Of a DNA stretch of 64,000 nt, positions 24,425 to 37,660 are shown one piece after another. Each line of letters starts with the position of its first letter. Position 1 is the first letter of the stretch. The notes beneath the pieces are model-generated. The model was not told the origin of the DNA and ran no database searches. It was given only the letters and a program-made list of their open reading frames with translations. The translations under genes and the position numbers were made by a program. The stretch comes from Octopus bimaculoides (lineage: Eukaryota): positions 11,556,674 through 11,620,673 of the forward strand of contig NC_069007.1 in assembly GCF_001194135.2 (NCBI RefSeq), written 5' to 3'.

Positions 24425-25399
24425 CTGTATAAACATAATGTACTCTCTATAAAAAGGGGACAGCACAGATGTCAAAATTACTCCATTTCCTAAATATTGC
24501 TTGGAATTGTTAATAAAGATGGATTTGGATACTCTATGGTTCCTAACAAACAACAAGGATCTGATATAAAAATATGAGAACTCTCTAAGGAGAAGAGATT
24601 CAATTGGAATATAGTTTCTTTTGATATGTTTATTATCCGGTCATGCTGCTTGCATGGATTTCACTGATTCTGTCACCAATCAGTTCTATTGGAATTGGGA
24701 GCCTGAGTCAGGATGAATCTCTTATTAGCTGATTACACAACCATTGATGCTGCCCCTAAGGATGCATTGCAGTTACTATTTTGGTAGAGTTTGTTGATCC
24801 TGACCGTTGATCTTCTAGAATCCTCCACTCAGCATCAACTTTAGAAACCCCATTGGCTCAGTTGAGCTCTTCTGCTGCCTCCTTAAAATCCACCATACCA
24901 CAGATCCATGACTCCCATATCCCTGGCAGGGTGGTTGAACAGGTGCTATGCCTTGCCAAAGGGCAACCCATAACTATGCAGGGTACAGTCATTACTCCAT
25001 GGGATAGTTTCAAGATGTCTGCATAGCTGCATTTTGATATGTAATCTGTAAATATTGATGTTATGGTGGGGTGGTTTTGTTGGTGAGAGTTAATGTTTTG
25101 ATCAATATCACAGAACTTTCATAACTTGTTTGTGAGTGGATTTAACTATGAAACTACTTAAAGGTATACTTATATAGATGTAACAGACTTTATGATGTTC
25201 TAAGAAGTAATTCATGGTTGGGTGGCTTATGCTAATATGTTTGAAATTTGCATTAGTGAGAAATGAAGAGCTCTTTTATGGGTGAAGGAGTTTGGTTTGT
25301 TTTACCGAAATTTTGTATTAAACTAATTAAAGATTTTTGTTTATTCTGTCATTGGAAACCATATTCTTTATTTACTCAAAATGTTTGAGTATGTTTATT

Positions 25400-25585
<186 letters not shown>

Positions 25586-26460
25586 TTTTTTTACTCCTAT
25601 GCCTTCAGGTTAATAAATACCTGGTAACTTCCATATCAAGAATTTTATCCTTGTCATGGAATTTTTATGGAAAAATGCAAAAATAGTCTCCTACTGTCTT
25701 TCTCTGAATATAATTTTATAAGACACATCTTGTCGGCTAGATACAGAAAAGTTTCTCACACCTGCCTGGACACACAAAATGTAAATTACCAGAACAAATG
25801 TCAAAATACTGTGTCCAAATTTCTAAAAATTCTGCCTGTTCATTCTCTTCGGCTGGTTGTTTATTTTATCAACTCCCCAGAAGGACTAAAGTCAATGTGA
25901 CTTTCAGAACAGAAAAACCTCGAACAAATAGCACAAAAGACATCATTTACAAATACTCTGATGTTTTGTTAATGAATTTAAGAATGAGTGTGTGATGAGG
26001 AATTAATTAATGCACCACAGCGATATAACTGCGAAATGTGTGAGGAAATATGTAACAGAGAGAATGTCTGAAAATAAATTTAGTTTGGAGAGGGGTTAAC
26101 TCTAGAATGATTCTCACATCCAAGAATAAATACATGTTCTAGGAGGCAATTAAATAACTCACACTCTTCCTCTCACTCGATCTCTCACTCGCTTTCGTTT
26201 TCACTCACATTCTCTCTCACATACACTCCTACATCTATCTACCCAGAATCTATCATTAAATTTGACAGTAAGTGAATGATGAGACATTAAACAACATACC
26301 ACACAGCATATGACTGTATTACTTTCTGTGTAAGAATATGTATTTAGACAAGATTTTAAAATAATTTCGGTGAAATGATGATGACGGTGGTTTAACTCCA
26401 AAATTAGTCTTAGGTGTAACACTAAATACTGATTCTCACAGAGCATTAGTACACACACAT

Positions 26461-26622
<162 letters not shown>

Positions 26623-27242
26623 GGCAATTGGTCTGAAAGGAAGTGCCGTTCTTCATAAAGATGTTATTAGTTGATGTATTACTCTAATCCACACACTTGG
26701 GCAAGACATGTGAACAGTTACACCAAGCACAATCTACTCATCAATTTTATTCTTAAACAGATAATCAATATTTTCATGTAATCCTCTCTATTTCTTATCT
26801 GGAAATATCACGGTGAGCTGGCAGAGGAAGGGGCAGTGGTAGGAGGAGGGAATAGACGCCTGTGTTTGCTGGAATATATGTATATGTATTTTCTGTGTAT
26901 ATGTGTGTGTGTGTCTCTATATATATACATATGTGTGTGTGTGTGTGTGTGCATGTGTATATGTATGTATACATGTGCACATTTTTGTTGCTACTATTTT
27001 TGTCTTTCACTCTCTTCCACCTTTCACTGTCATCTTGTTACTTTATTTCTTGTCTTCTCTCATTAACTCACTGCCTCTCTCTCTCTCTCTCTGTCTCTGC
27101 TTATAGATATATATGTACGTATTCATGCATGTGTGTGTATACATTCATACATACATACATACATATATAAATTTCTATATATACATATGTATTATGAAGA
27201 GAAATAACTCAGTGGCATATATTTGAACAACAAAAATGAATA

Positions 27243-27279
<37 letters not shown>

Positions 27280-27467
27280 AATGATATATGATTTTCAGTC
27301 TGTCTTCCGGTTAGTTTCCAGGCAATTTATAAAAACTTCAAAATAAAACAGTATGTAAAACATTGTAAAAATATGTAAATTAATATACTACCATATGTAA
27401 AACTAAATATAAATCTATATAAATTAAAATAAAACTATATAAATTATATATATATATNNNNNNNNNN

Positions 27468-27606
27468 GTTTCGTACAAACTTCATTTATTCATGTAGTGA
27501 GAACACTACATAAAATGAAATTCCATTATGTAGCTGGGGAGTACATTTTCCTTGCACATTTTATGTAGTATTCTCACTACATGAATAAATGAAGTTTGTA
27601 TGAAAC
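27468..27606. mobile_element. Foldback/MITE with about 50-bp inverted arms
   Basis: 27468-27517 vs 27557-27606, near-perfect reverse complements; left end abuts a gap. Confidence 0.75.
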
Positions 27607-27825
27607 GTACATACTGCTATAACCTATTGAATTTTTGTTGCTTTTCTTCAAATTTTATTCACCAAATCTCTTGATTTTGTTTTTGGTTTTTACCCTTTCC
27701 AAATTCTGGTGCCTCAAACATTTTAAGTACCACATTTAATCTTTTGATTAAATCTATATTATTATATATATCCATATATATATATATATTCATTTATATA
27801 TATATGTATTCATATATATATATTC

Positions 27826-27856
<31 letters not shown>

Positions 27857-28261
27857 AATAATAAAGGAGTTACGACGCAAAAACGTATCTATTCAAATGA
27901 ACATATTTATCTTCTTCAATATATATTTCAGTATAAAGAATTCATTAAGAGACTTAATAATTCAAAATTTCTTTACACATCTTCAGTAATAAATATAACA
28001 CCAGAAAAACTACATTTGGTTTAAAAATACAAACCGTTCATGGCGAAAAAATTTCACAATTACAAAAACCGAACAAAATTTTTAAAGTTTTAGCAAAAAG
28101 AACGCTATTACCTACATGCACGCATCCGCGTGTGCGCCCGTACACACACGCACACACATGCACACTCACATGCATACACAAACAAGCAAAATTCACAAGC
28201 CATGAACACATACACACACATACACATACACACACACATACATACACACACAAATGGATAT

Positions 28262-28650
28262 GTAGATGTGAGTGTGGCTATGTGGTAAGAAGTTTGTTTC
28301 CCTGCCACGTGGTTCTGGGTTCAGTCCTACTGCATATTATCTTGGGCAAGTCTTTTTTACTATAGTCTCAGGATGACCAAAGTCTTGTGAGTGGATTTGG
28401 TAGATAGAAACTGAAAGAATACCATTGTATGTGAGTGTGTGTGTGTGTGTCTGTTTGTCTCCCACTTCCACTTAGCAACTGGTATTGGTGTGTTTATGTC
28501 CCTGTAACTTAGTGGTTTAGCAAAAGAAACCAATAGAATTAGTATCAGGATTAAAAATATAAGTTCTAGGATTGATTTGTGTGACTGATACTATTCTAGG
28601 CAGTGCCCCAGCATGGCCACAGTCTAATGACAGATGCAAGATAAGAAATA
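28262..28650 (+). mobile_element. SINE family A, diverged full copy
   Basis: Colinear with 8467-8896. Confidence 0.85.
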
Positions 28651-28715
28651 AAGTAAAATTAAAGTGTACAACGCTATAAAGCAATTTATAAACTCATTAA
28701 TTTGATATTAATCAA

Positions 28716-29060
28716 TATGAAGGGCATTCGAAAAGTATCCAACCTTTGGACATAAAAAAAAGGTACAGCAATTTTGTACTTTCCACAAATTTTATTTAAT
28801 CACCTTTAGAATGCTCCCCTTGGGAGTTTACCATCTTCTTGCAACGGTTCCGCTACTGTTGGTAACATCTCTTGAATGCCTTCCATGGAATGCTATGGAG
28901 CTCATAAATTTTCTCATAATTTGTTCTTGCAACTTAAATGGCTTCTCTTTCAGTGTGGTTTCAGTTTGGGAAAGAGCCAGAAGTCACATGGGGCCAAGTC
29001 AGGAGGGTAAGGAGCCTGTCAAAGAAATGATGTGTTGTTCTTGATCTGGACAGCTTGGAT
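28716..29060 (-). mobile_element. Mariner 3' fragment (transposase C-terminus plus TIR)
   Basis: APYPPDLAPCDFWLFPKL motif; TIR TA-TGAAGGGCATTCGAAAAGTATCC at 28716. Confidence 0.85.
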
Positions 29061-29062
29061 TA

Positions 29063-29661
29063 CGAGGTGTATTCAAAAAAGATATCTGACTTTATTTTTT
29101 TCACTGACACTCTCCGTATGCACAAATTCTCTGTTAAAATGGAATACAGTGATCCTGTTTTTATTCCCATTTTGTGAGTAATTTCCTGGATTCTTACACG
29201 ATTGCCCTCCATGATTTTTCACCAAACCTTCTCCATCAGCTCCTCATTTCAGATTGTGCATGGCCTGCCTGAGCATGCTTTGCTCTCAACCGAGGTGTGG
29301 CAATGTTTGAAGCAGTTATACTTCACTTTGGTCTGAGTTTTGCCCATGACATCATCACCAAAGGCCTGTTGAGTCTTCTGGATGGTTTGATCTTGAGTAT
29401 CAACAAGCTTTTCGCAAAACTTCATGCAATATTTCTGCTTAATGTATTAGGTCATCTTGTGTGAAAACGAAAATCTGATGAGTGTCCACTAAACATCTAT
29501 ATTCTCGACATGATAGACAGGAACTGATGTGGCCTACCAATGTGTAAATTTTCATGTATGTGCAAGAAGGCTGGCATCACCTTCCACCCAAAAGATTTTG
29601 ACCATGTGGGATTTGTTTTGGAGGGAAAAAACATTGTCGGATATGTTTTGAATGCACCTTG
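29063..29661 (-). mobile_element. Internally deleted mariner with both TIRs and TA target duplication
   Basis: TA|CGAGGTGTATTCAAAAAAGATATCTGAC and GTCGGATATGTTTTGAATGCACCTTG|TA; N-terminal remnant QKYCMKFCEKL..AFGDDVMGKTQ..SGRP..ILTENLCIRRVSVK from 29455. Confidence 0.85.
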
Positions 29662-30267
29662 TATACAACAATCTATAGTGGGATGGGAATGTCTGGGTGG
29701 TGGTGGTGGTGGTGGTTGTGGGTTTCATGAGCCAATTTGGTTCCTTAGAGAAGAGGCCATTATAGAACAGTAGAAGAGGCAGTGAAAGGACACAACATAG
29801 CTGTGGATCAGAGGCTGGAGTGTGTCTGAGAGTGCTAATCAGTTGCGTGACCATTTTTCTGGATGGGATCTTGGATGTTTGTATGTATAACAGCATCACC
29901 ATCCCAGATGCGAATGCTCCATTGTGGGCCACACTTGTGCATTCTAGAGTATCAATAATTGTTGGGGTCTAAAGTATCTTCTGTCCCTTACAAGAAGGCC
30001 AGTGATTAGGATGTGGTACTAGTTATGTCAAAGATGTACTTTCACCAGGGGAGTTTCTCATCAGGCCTTGACAGGTCATTGAGTTAAAAAACCTTGGATG
30101 ACTAAGGTTTGAGCATTACTGAGCATGAAGTTGTGCACATACATTTGTAGGTCTTGTAAACACAGGTGGAGGAAAGCATCTTTAAAACTAACCTGAGATC
30201 TTTGTGATTCTTCTGCATTTGGCCCCACATAATTATCTCCCTTTATTGGAATGCATTGTTACTTCCA

Positions 30268-30618
30268 CCTTAGCGAAGGTGGAGGTATTGTTTTCAGTTG
30301 TGTTCGTTTGTTCATCCGTGCACAAGATATCTCAAGAACTGCTGGATGGATTCAGATGAAACTTTTAGGGACGTTTGACTTCGTAACTGGCACAAACGGA
30401 TTAAATTTTGGGATTGATCTGATACTGAACAACAATTCTGGATTATTTTTCCTGTTTTTTTACTTAATTTTTGAGAGTGGTGGGGTTCATTTTTAGTATT
30501 CTTGTTTGTGAGAGCAGTTGAGTTTGTTTCAGATATTCTCATTTTCAAAATTATCCCTGGCTAATCATTGAAAAGATGTTGGTGTTGCCTTGACAGAGGT
30601 TTGCGCTCTCTGAGTGCT
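30268..30618 (+). mobile_element. Helentron-associated non-autonomous element (HINE-like)
   Basis: TTACTTCCACC..GGAGGTATTGTTTTC, GT-rich tract, AAGATATCTCAAGAACTGCTGGATGGATTCAGATGAAACTT, 3' CCTTGACAGAGGTTTGCGCTCTCTGAGTGCTT. Confidence 0.65.
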
Positions 30619-31221
30619 TGATTTTTTGTTTTTTTTTTTCATTTCTTTTCTTTGTGTTTACAGAATTGTTTCTCAAGATTGTTTTCTCATATCTGCTTCA
30701 CCATCTTTATAAAATATCCTTTTAATGTTTTCCTCATCCATTACATTCATGGAAATAATAAAGAACTTATCATCATCACCATCATCATCATCATTAAATG
30801 GAAACATCTTTTGATGGAGATAAAATATAAGTATTTCTGTCTCACTTTGTTTACATTAGATTCAGAAAGTCAATAAAGCTGGGTGTTGGTTAATTTACTA
30901 AATATTTGTCTAGTTTTTCCTGCTGGATTAGGACTTGTCAAAGAAAGGTGTTGGTTTTCTCATTGTTATTTGAATATTGAAGAAATATAGAATTCTAGAG
31001 AGGCGGAGGTAGAGGCAATGAAGTTTGGCTCTTGTAGGTCATTGGGAGGAGGAATGGAATTTCTTGACCATATATTTTGTGGAGGGATGGGCTAACTAAC
31101 TTCCCCTGTGTAGACCCATGATCTAATAAGACATTAATGAGACCCAGGATTATTGTCCCTTAAACTCTTCTATATTAGTGTAGGCCACATTATTGTTGAA
31201 ACTGTTCTTTTCTTTCTTTCT

Positions 31222-31353
31222 CACTCTGTTGGTGTTTTATGTCTATCTATCTATCTGTCTGTCTGTCTGCCTATCTATTTGTCTGTATATCTATCTATCT
31301 ATCTATCTATCTATTTATCTATTTGTCTATCTATCTATTTGTCTATCTATCTG

Positions 31354-31395
<42 letters not shown>

Positions 31396-31630
31396 CATCT
31401 ATCTACCTACCTACATATCTCTATCTATCTATCTATCTATCTATCTACCTACCTACCTACCTACCTACATATCACTCTATCTCTCTCTCTCTCTCTGTAT
31501 CTATCTACCTGCCTACCCACCTACCTACCTACCTACCTACCTACCTACCTACCTACCTACCTACCTACCTACCTACCTACCTACCTACATATCTGTCTGT
31601 CTATCTATTTATCTGTTTGTCTGTCTGCCT
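31222..31630. repeat. (TATC)n/(TACC)n tetranucleotide array
   Basis: Direct reading. Confidence 0.97.
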
Positions 31631-32133
31631 TAGTCTCTGCTTCAGCATATTCTTGTCTGCAATAGCAAAAACAAAGAAATGTATATATAAACAGCTACCT
31701 ATAGTCATCACTCTTTCTCTTTCATATATGTGTGTGTATGCGTATGTGTGTGTATACACCTCTGAACTGCTCTACCTACTTACCTACCTATTTATCTGAC
31801 TCACTTACTTTGCTCTAACTTACTTCCCCTCCCTCTCTCTCTCACCATCTCCATCCATTACCCCCACCTCCCAATCATATTACATCAAAAATGCTATCAG
31901 AGTTTAGACTTCAGCAAAGCGAAAGATTGAAGATGTAAGACAACAGATTGATGTAACAGCAGCAGCAGCAGCAGCAGTAGCGCTAGAGCTTGAAATATCG
32001 ATACTTCAGAAAGATATCACTTAGTGTGATAAGTTTAATGGTGTATCATTTACATAAAGATAGTGATTAGAATAATGGCACAAATGGATCTTTTGAAGTT
32101 AGAGTTTGGCAATAACGGTCGATTGTTGGTAAA

Positions 32134-32427
32134 GGATATCTTCATGATAATATCTGTGTCGTGGCGTTATCCAGCTGCATCATGACGATAGTCAACTGCA
32201 CCTTGATGTTATCCTGTTTGTTTGATAATATAATATCAATGTCTGTCACAAGGATATCGAAGTCTTTGTGATAATATCCATGCATGCTCTGATCACTATC
32301 CATTCAGCTGTATTGATATCTATGTCCAGTGCGATGATATCCAACTTTGTTTGGGATAACATCCATGGTTATCAAGGTGAAATCCATATCTACTGTGATG
32401 ATATGCAAGTTTGTTGTGCTGTTATCC
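32134..32427 (-). repeat. Decayed ~21-nt tandem repeat, consensus near GGATATCATCACnnnnnnCAT (G-Y-H-H-x-x-H)
   Basis: About 14 units of 14-24 nt beginning (G/A)GATA on minus strand; stops and frameshifts present. Confidence 0.65.
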
Positions 32428-32489
32428 ATGTTTGCTGTTATTGTCTATATATTTATGTTTGTGTCATGTAAAAAGCATTATTGTGGGTG

Positions 32490-32710
32490 CTGGTGCCACT
32501 TGAAAAGCACTGATGCTGGTGCCACTTAAAAACTACCCAGTTCACTCTGTAAAGCGGTTGGCATTAGGAAGGGCATCCAGCTGTAGAAACCCAACCAGAA
32601 ACAGACTATGGAACCTGATATGGTCCATGACCTTACCAGTGCCATGCACTGGGACTGAACCCGGAACCACGTGGTTGGTAAGTAAGCTACTTACCACACA
32701 GCCATTCCTG
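32490..32710. mobile_element. Family C repeat (+) joined to a SINE A head (-)
   Basis: GTAAAGCGGTTGGCATTAGGAAGGGCATCCAGCTGTAGAAAC then GGGACTGAACCCGGAACCACGTGG. Confidence 0.75.
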
Positions 32711-33559
32711 CGCCTGTGCATGGTACCAATATTGGTCTTTTGTTATCTCCATTGTCGGGTTCATCATCCAGAGATCCACCTTCTCAGGTTATCAATTTCT
32801 GCTTTAGGGATATTTCAGTGAATTAAGGTGTTACTGTTGGTGATGTGTCTTCCTGTTGTTGTGATGTTTTTGCCTAAGGGTTAAGGTTAACATGCCCAGT
32901 ACTGTGCATTCCGTGCTGTTTTCAAATAGTGTGAGGTACTGTGGATGTCTCACACCATTATTAAATGTATGCTGCAGATATTTTAAAATATAATTTGATT
33001 CTTTCAATGCAAAATTCAGATATAACTACTCGAAATTTCATTACTCTTTACCAAAGAAATTATTTCTATAGAGCTGTCTGTCTTTTGTTGAGGAATGTCA
33101 TGTTTGGAACTATTTTCAGTTGAGATATGTCAAGTTTATTGAGGCAATATGACTAACAGAAAATACCAATTCTGCTTTTTGGCAAATATTTTACATCGTT
33201 ACTGAAATAACTATAAAATTTATTTAATTTTGCAATCGAAAGGTTAAGACTTAAGATATAATCTGTACCAATTCTTGAGCATCAGAACCTTCGTAATTGT
33301 CGATAGTTTACCAATTTACAATTAGGATAAATAAATTCAATGCTTTTTTTTCATCATGTGACAGACCAGGCTATCAGATGTTGTTACACATTGCTTGTCA
33401 CAATGCGCTTTTGCATTGTTTAGCTTTCAAATGATGCCACCCTTGCTGACTAGGCGAGCAAGCCAACAATTCTGCCTGACTGAAGGGTGACTGGAGCAGT
33501 GTGAAATGAAGTGTTTTGCTTAAGAACACAATGTGCCTCCAATCCAGTGATCATGAGTG

Positions 33560-33730
33560 TATAGGTGCAGGTGTGGCTGTGTAGTAAGAAGCTTGCTTCC
33601 CAGTCACATGGTCCTGGCTTCAGTCCCACTGTGTGGCACCTTGCACGAGTGTCTTTTACTATTGCCTCAGGCTGACCAAAGCTTTGTGAGTGGATTTGGT
33701 AGACGGAAACTGAAAGAAGCCAGTCATATA
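33560..33730 (+). mobile_element. SINE family A, 5' half
   Basis: Colinear with 8467-8630. Confidence 0.85.
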
Positions 33731-33753
33731 TATATATAAACTATTCTATAGTT

Positions 33754-33933
33754 ATATACATAATTATAATAAGGGGTCAGCTAATTGTCTTGCCACGTAG
33801 TGAATTAGAAATAGATGCTAATGTCTTTTCAACTACCATAAAATTTTATGGCAGTTGGAAAGACATTAGCATCTATTTCTAATTCAGTATGTGGTGAGGC
33901 AATTAGCTGACTCTTTATTATAATTATGTATAT
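33754..33933. mobile_element. 180-bp loopless palindrome (foldback element)
   Basis: Arms about 90% complementary with no indels, centre CCATAAAA|TTTTATGG at 33843/33844. Confidence 0.85.
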
Positions 33934-34147
33934 AATTATAGTATATTTTGTATAATTTATCTCAAAGGTTTTTTAATGTACTGACTACTCGGTAAAATTA
34001 TTATTATCAATAATCTTACCCTATATATATATATATATATATATATGTTTCTATTTGGATATATTTGGAGTACTTAAATGTATTCATGACTTTGCATCTA
34101 CTTTTCCGTAGGTTTGTCTAAGTATTTCATTTATTTTCATTTTGTGT

Positions 34148-34208
34148 TCCTCGCTGATGAAGGAAGAATCCTTTTTGGATTAATACAGAAATCAGAACTG
34201 ATTCAGGG
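34148..34208 (+). ncRNA. Decayed hammerhead-like motif in Penelope-LTR-like sequence
   Basis: CTGATGA-A..AATCC-ttttt-GGATT..AGAAA-TCAG-aa-CTGAT-T-CAGGG; stems I and II partly broken. Confidence 0.35.
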
Positions 34209-34394
34209 ATGGCTATATTTTGATGAATTTCTGTTAGCTTGCTTTCCTTGTTTCAACACATGGTGTAATAATACAAGTGGAAATATTTAATGTGGTTAGA
34301 CGATTTAGTGTCTGTTTTTCAGCATATTGGCAAAGAAAATTTTTTCTTTTGCCCTTATTTATAATTGTATTTATAATTTTCATCTTAAAAGGTA

Positions 34395-34730
34395 ATTTTC
34401 ATATCCTGGTCACTGATATTTACAGGGACGCAAACATACCAGCACCAGTTGTCAAGTGATGTTGAGGGGACAAATACAGACACACAAACATATACACACA
34501 CATACATATATATAGTATATACGATGGGCTTCCTTTCAGTTTCTGTCCATCAAATTCACTCACAAGGCTTTGGTCGGCCCGAGGCTATAGTAGAAGACAC
34601 TTGCCCAAGGTGCTATGCAGTGGGNNNNNNNNNNAGGCTATAGTAGAAGACACTTGCCCAAGGTGCTATGCAGTGGGATTGAACCCAGAACCATGTGGTT
34701 AGTAAGCAAGCTACTTACCACACAGCCACT
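34395..34730 (-). mobile_element. SINE family A
   Basis: Reverse complement of family A, interrupted by a 10-N gap. Confidence 0.85.
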
Positions 34731-35327
34731 TCTACTCCTATGTATATATCGCCAGTGTGTCACCATGGTATACATGACTGAGAACCATAGACTTTTAGTC
34801 TGCTACAACAATGGTATATTGAAGCAGATCAAGTTTGTTTACCATCTTGAATGTAAAACTGGAAGTAAGAACAAAAAAAGAAAACTTCCCTGCTAAATCT
34901 CGACATTACCCAGAATTCCCTTTAAAAATGTGGCACGTCTTTCACTGCTGACATACATCTTCATGAAAGAATTTAGTTTCATTAGTTTAATTCTGGCAAT
35001 ATTTTTCTTTCTCTTTCCTGTTTTTTTGTTTTTAGTCCCCTAACTCTTTAATCTACTGCCAATATAGTGCCAACATTCAGTTAATAATTAACTGAGAAGA
35101 GAAATTCTTCATTCTAACTTGATAAAACTTTCTAGAGATAATTACAAAAACAATATTATGTTAGTACAAAATTTACAATTGGATAAACCTCCAGAGTATC
35201 ATGAAATATCTTACTGTGCTGAAAATACAAATTATCTTCTTTCTTTATTATGATTATTAGCGTTATCATCACCATGAATATTTCCTATTTTTTCCATATT
35301 ATTATCATTATTACCTTTATTATTAAT

Positions 35328-35368
<41 letters not shown>

Positions 35369-35436
35369 AATCACTATCATCAGAATTATTATTATTATTA
35401 TTATTATCATCATCATCGTCATTATTATTATTATTA

Positions 35437-35689
35437 AGGCAGCGAGCTGGCAGAATCGTTAGCATGCTGGGTGAAAAGCTTAGCGTTGTTTTGTCTGTCT
35501 ACATGTTCTGAGTTCAAATGCCACCAGGGCTGACTTTGCCTTTCATCATTTCAGGGTCAATAAATTAAATACCAGTTACACACTGGAGTTGATGTAATCA
35601 ACTTAATCCCTTCCCCCCGAGTGCTTAATCCCTTAATCCCTTCCCCCACCTTGTGCTTCCAGTAGAAAGAATTATCATCTTCATCACCA

Positions 35690-35723
<34 letters not shown>

Positions 35724-35925
35724 GGCGGCGAGCTGGCAGAGTTGTTGGCACGCTGGATGAAATGCTTAATGGTATTTCGCCCATCACTACATTCTGAGTT
35801 CAAATTCCGCCAAGGTCAACTTTGCCTTTCATCCTTTTGGGGTCGATAAATTAAGTACCAGTGAAAACACTGGGGTTGATGTAATCAACTAGTCCCCCCC
35901 TTGTACCTTTAGTAGAAGGGATTAT
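35437..35925 (+). mobile_element. Two tandem SINE family B copies (35437-35670, 35722-35925), each preceded by (ATT)n
   Basis: AAGGC(A/G)GCGAGCTGGCAGA heads and GAGTTCAAAT B-boxes. Confidence 0.9.
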
Positions 35926-36611
35926 GATTATTATTATTATTATTATTAAAAATCATCATTGCTATTATTATTATTATTATCATCATTATTAATTATTATT
36001 ATCATCATCATCATCATCATTATTATTATCATCATCATCATCATTATTATTGTTTGTTGTTGTATCACTACTGTAGTCATTGCAGTTCTTTGTTTTTGCA
36101 ACTGTTGTTGTTGTTGTTGTATGCCCCAGCTTTTATTAAATATCATTGTTGTTGCTAGTATTATTATCAATATTATTCCAGTCGTTGTTGCTGTGGCTGT
36201 TATCAGTGTTACAATTGCTGGTGTTAACTTTACTGATGTCGTCACTTCAACTTTTTGCTTTTCAATTTAATCTTTGCCACCGTCGTTGTTGTCGTCATCA
36301 TCATCATCATCATCATCATCATTATCATCACCATCATCATCCCCTCTATTATCGTTGTCATCCCCATCCCCACCACCATCAACGCTGCCATATGACTGTT
36401 GATGTTACTTTTGCTGTTTCTGTATTCAAATTATTTTTTTCTCCTTTGTTAATTTGTATTTCCATATCTCTATTTTTTTTTTTATCTGATTAGAATTTAC
36501 AATTTTCAATAAATTTTGAGAATTATGTTTCCTTTTCAAGTATGGAATAAGAAAATAAAAATAATAATGATAATAATAATAATGTACAATGTTTAGTTTT
36601 GGTGTAAAAAA

Positions 36612-37078
36612 TGGCTACAGCAAATATTCTGCTCCATACCACAGATATACTTGTCAGTTGCTTAACCTTAACCAGTTGAGCATGTCACTTGATGACTGAC
36701 GATATGTGCATCTCTGATCATGAGCAGAAGTAGTGGGGGAGTATCATAGCCATGTGTTGAGAGGAATTCTTTGGGGTTTGGATAATTCACTTTTAGAAAC
36801 ATGGGTGTTTCATTCAACATCCTTAAACAGCCCTTATTCAGGGACCTTTTGAGTAAGATGGGCTACTTAACCTGAAGAAAATTCTAACTGGGCCCCACCT
36901 GCAAGGTCATGTGCTGTTTCTTTCGACATGATATCAACATGTCGGCACATATGGTTGTGATGCATGTGCTTGGTGTACCCGTGTCAGACGGGTAGTCATG
37001 ATGGGTATATTGGGCTTTGTATATTTTACCCCAGTGTCACTTTAATGGCATGTACAGCTCTCTCACTCAATAATAATG

Positions 37079-37080
<2 letters not shown>
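36612..37080. mobile_element. Interspersed repeat (family E) ending in (AAT)n
   Basis: GC-richer 470-bp block GGCTACAGCAAATATTCTGCTC..CTCTCTCACTCAATAATAAT, recognised from recall as an octopus-type repeat; single copy here. Confidence 0.5.
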
Positions 37081-37116
<36 letters not shown>

Positions 37117-37620
37117 CGTGATGATGATGATGAAGGTCTCTTTTTTATTGGCCTCATAAGTTCAAAGAGATACATGCAAAGAAAAAAGAGCCTTTCACTA
37201 GAGTTTCAAGAAAAGATCTGGAGTGTAAAAGGGAGGGGTGATAGAGCATTGAGTGAGATGCTATGCAACATATGCAAAAAATGGTTTAAGAACTTTGAAG
37301 ACAGACAGACAGACATACATACACACATACCTGAAGACGTAGCTTAAATTTTACATTAGTTTGAAGTATTTTTTGTATTAATGCAGGCATGTAAGTAATT
37401 TATTTGTTAATGAATATAATAATATAAATTATTTACATGTCTTTAAGTTATGAAACAATTTGTCATAATATTAGAATTTTCTTATTGTTAAAGAAAATTT
37501 CATCACACTATTCCTCTCTCATTTATGACTTTTATGAGTACTACTGGATTACTAGAATCCATATATTGTGACACACACACACACACATATACATATATAA
37601 TTGTACACAATATATACAGG

Positions 37621-37660
<40 letters not shown>

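Noticed and set aside
34582-34677. Exact 43-bp direct repeat either side of a 10-N gap
   Set aside because: Typical unmerged contig overlap; assembly artefact.
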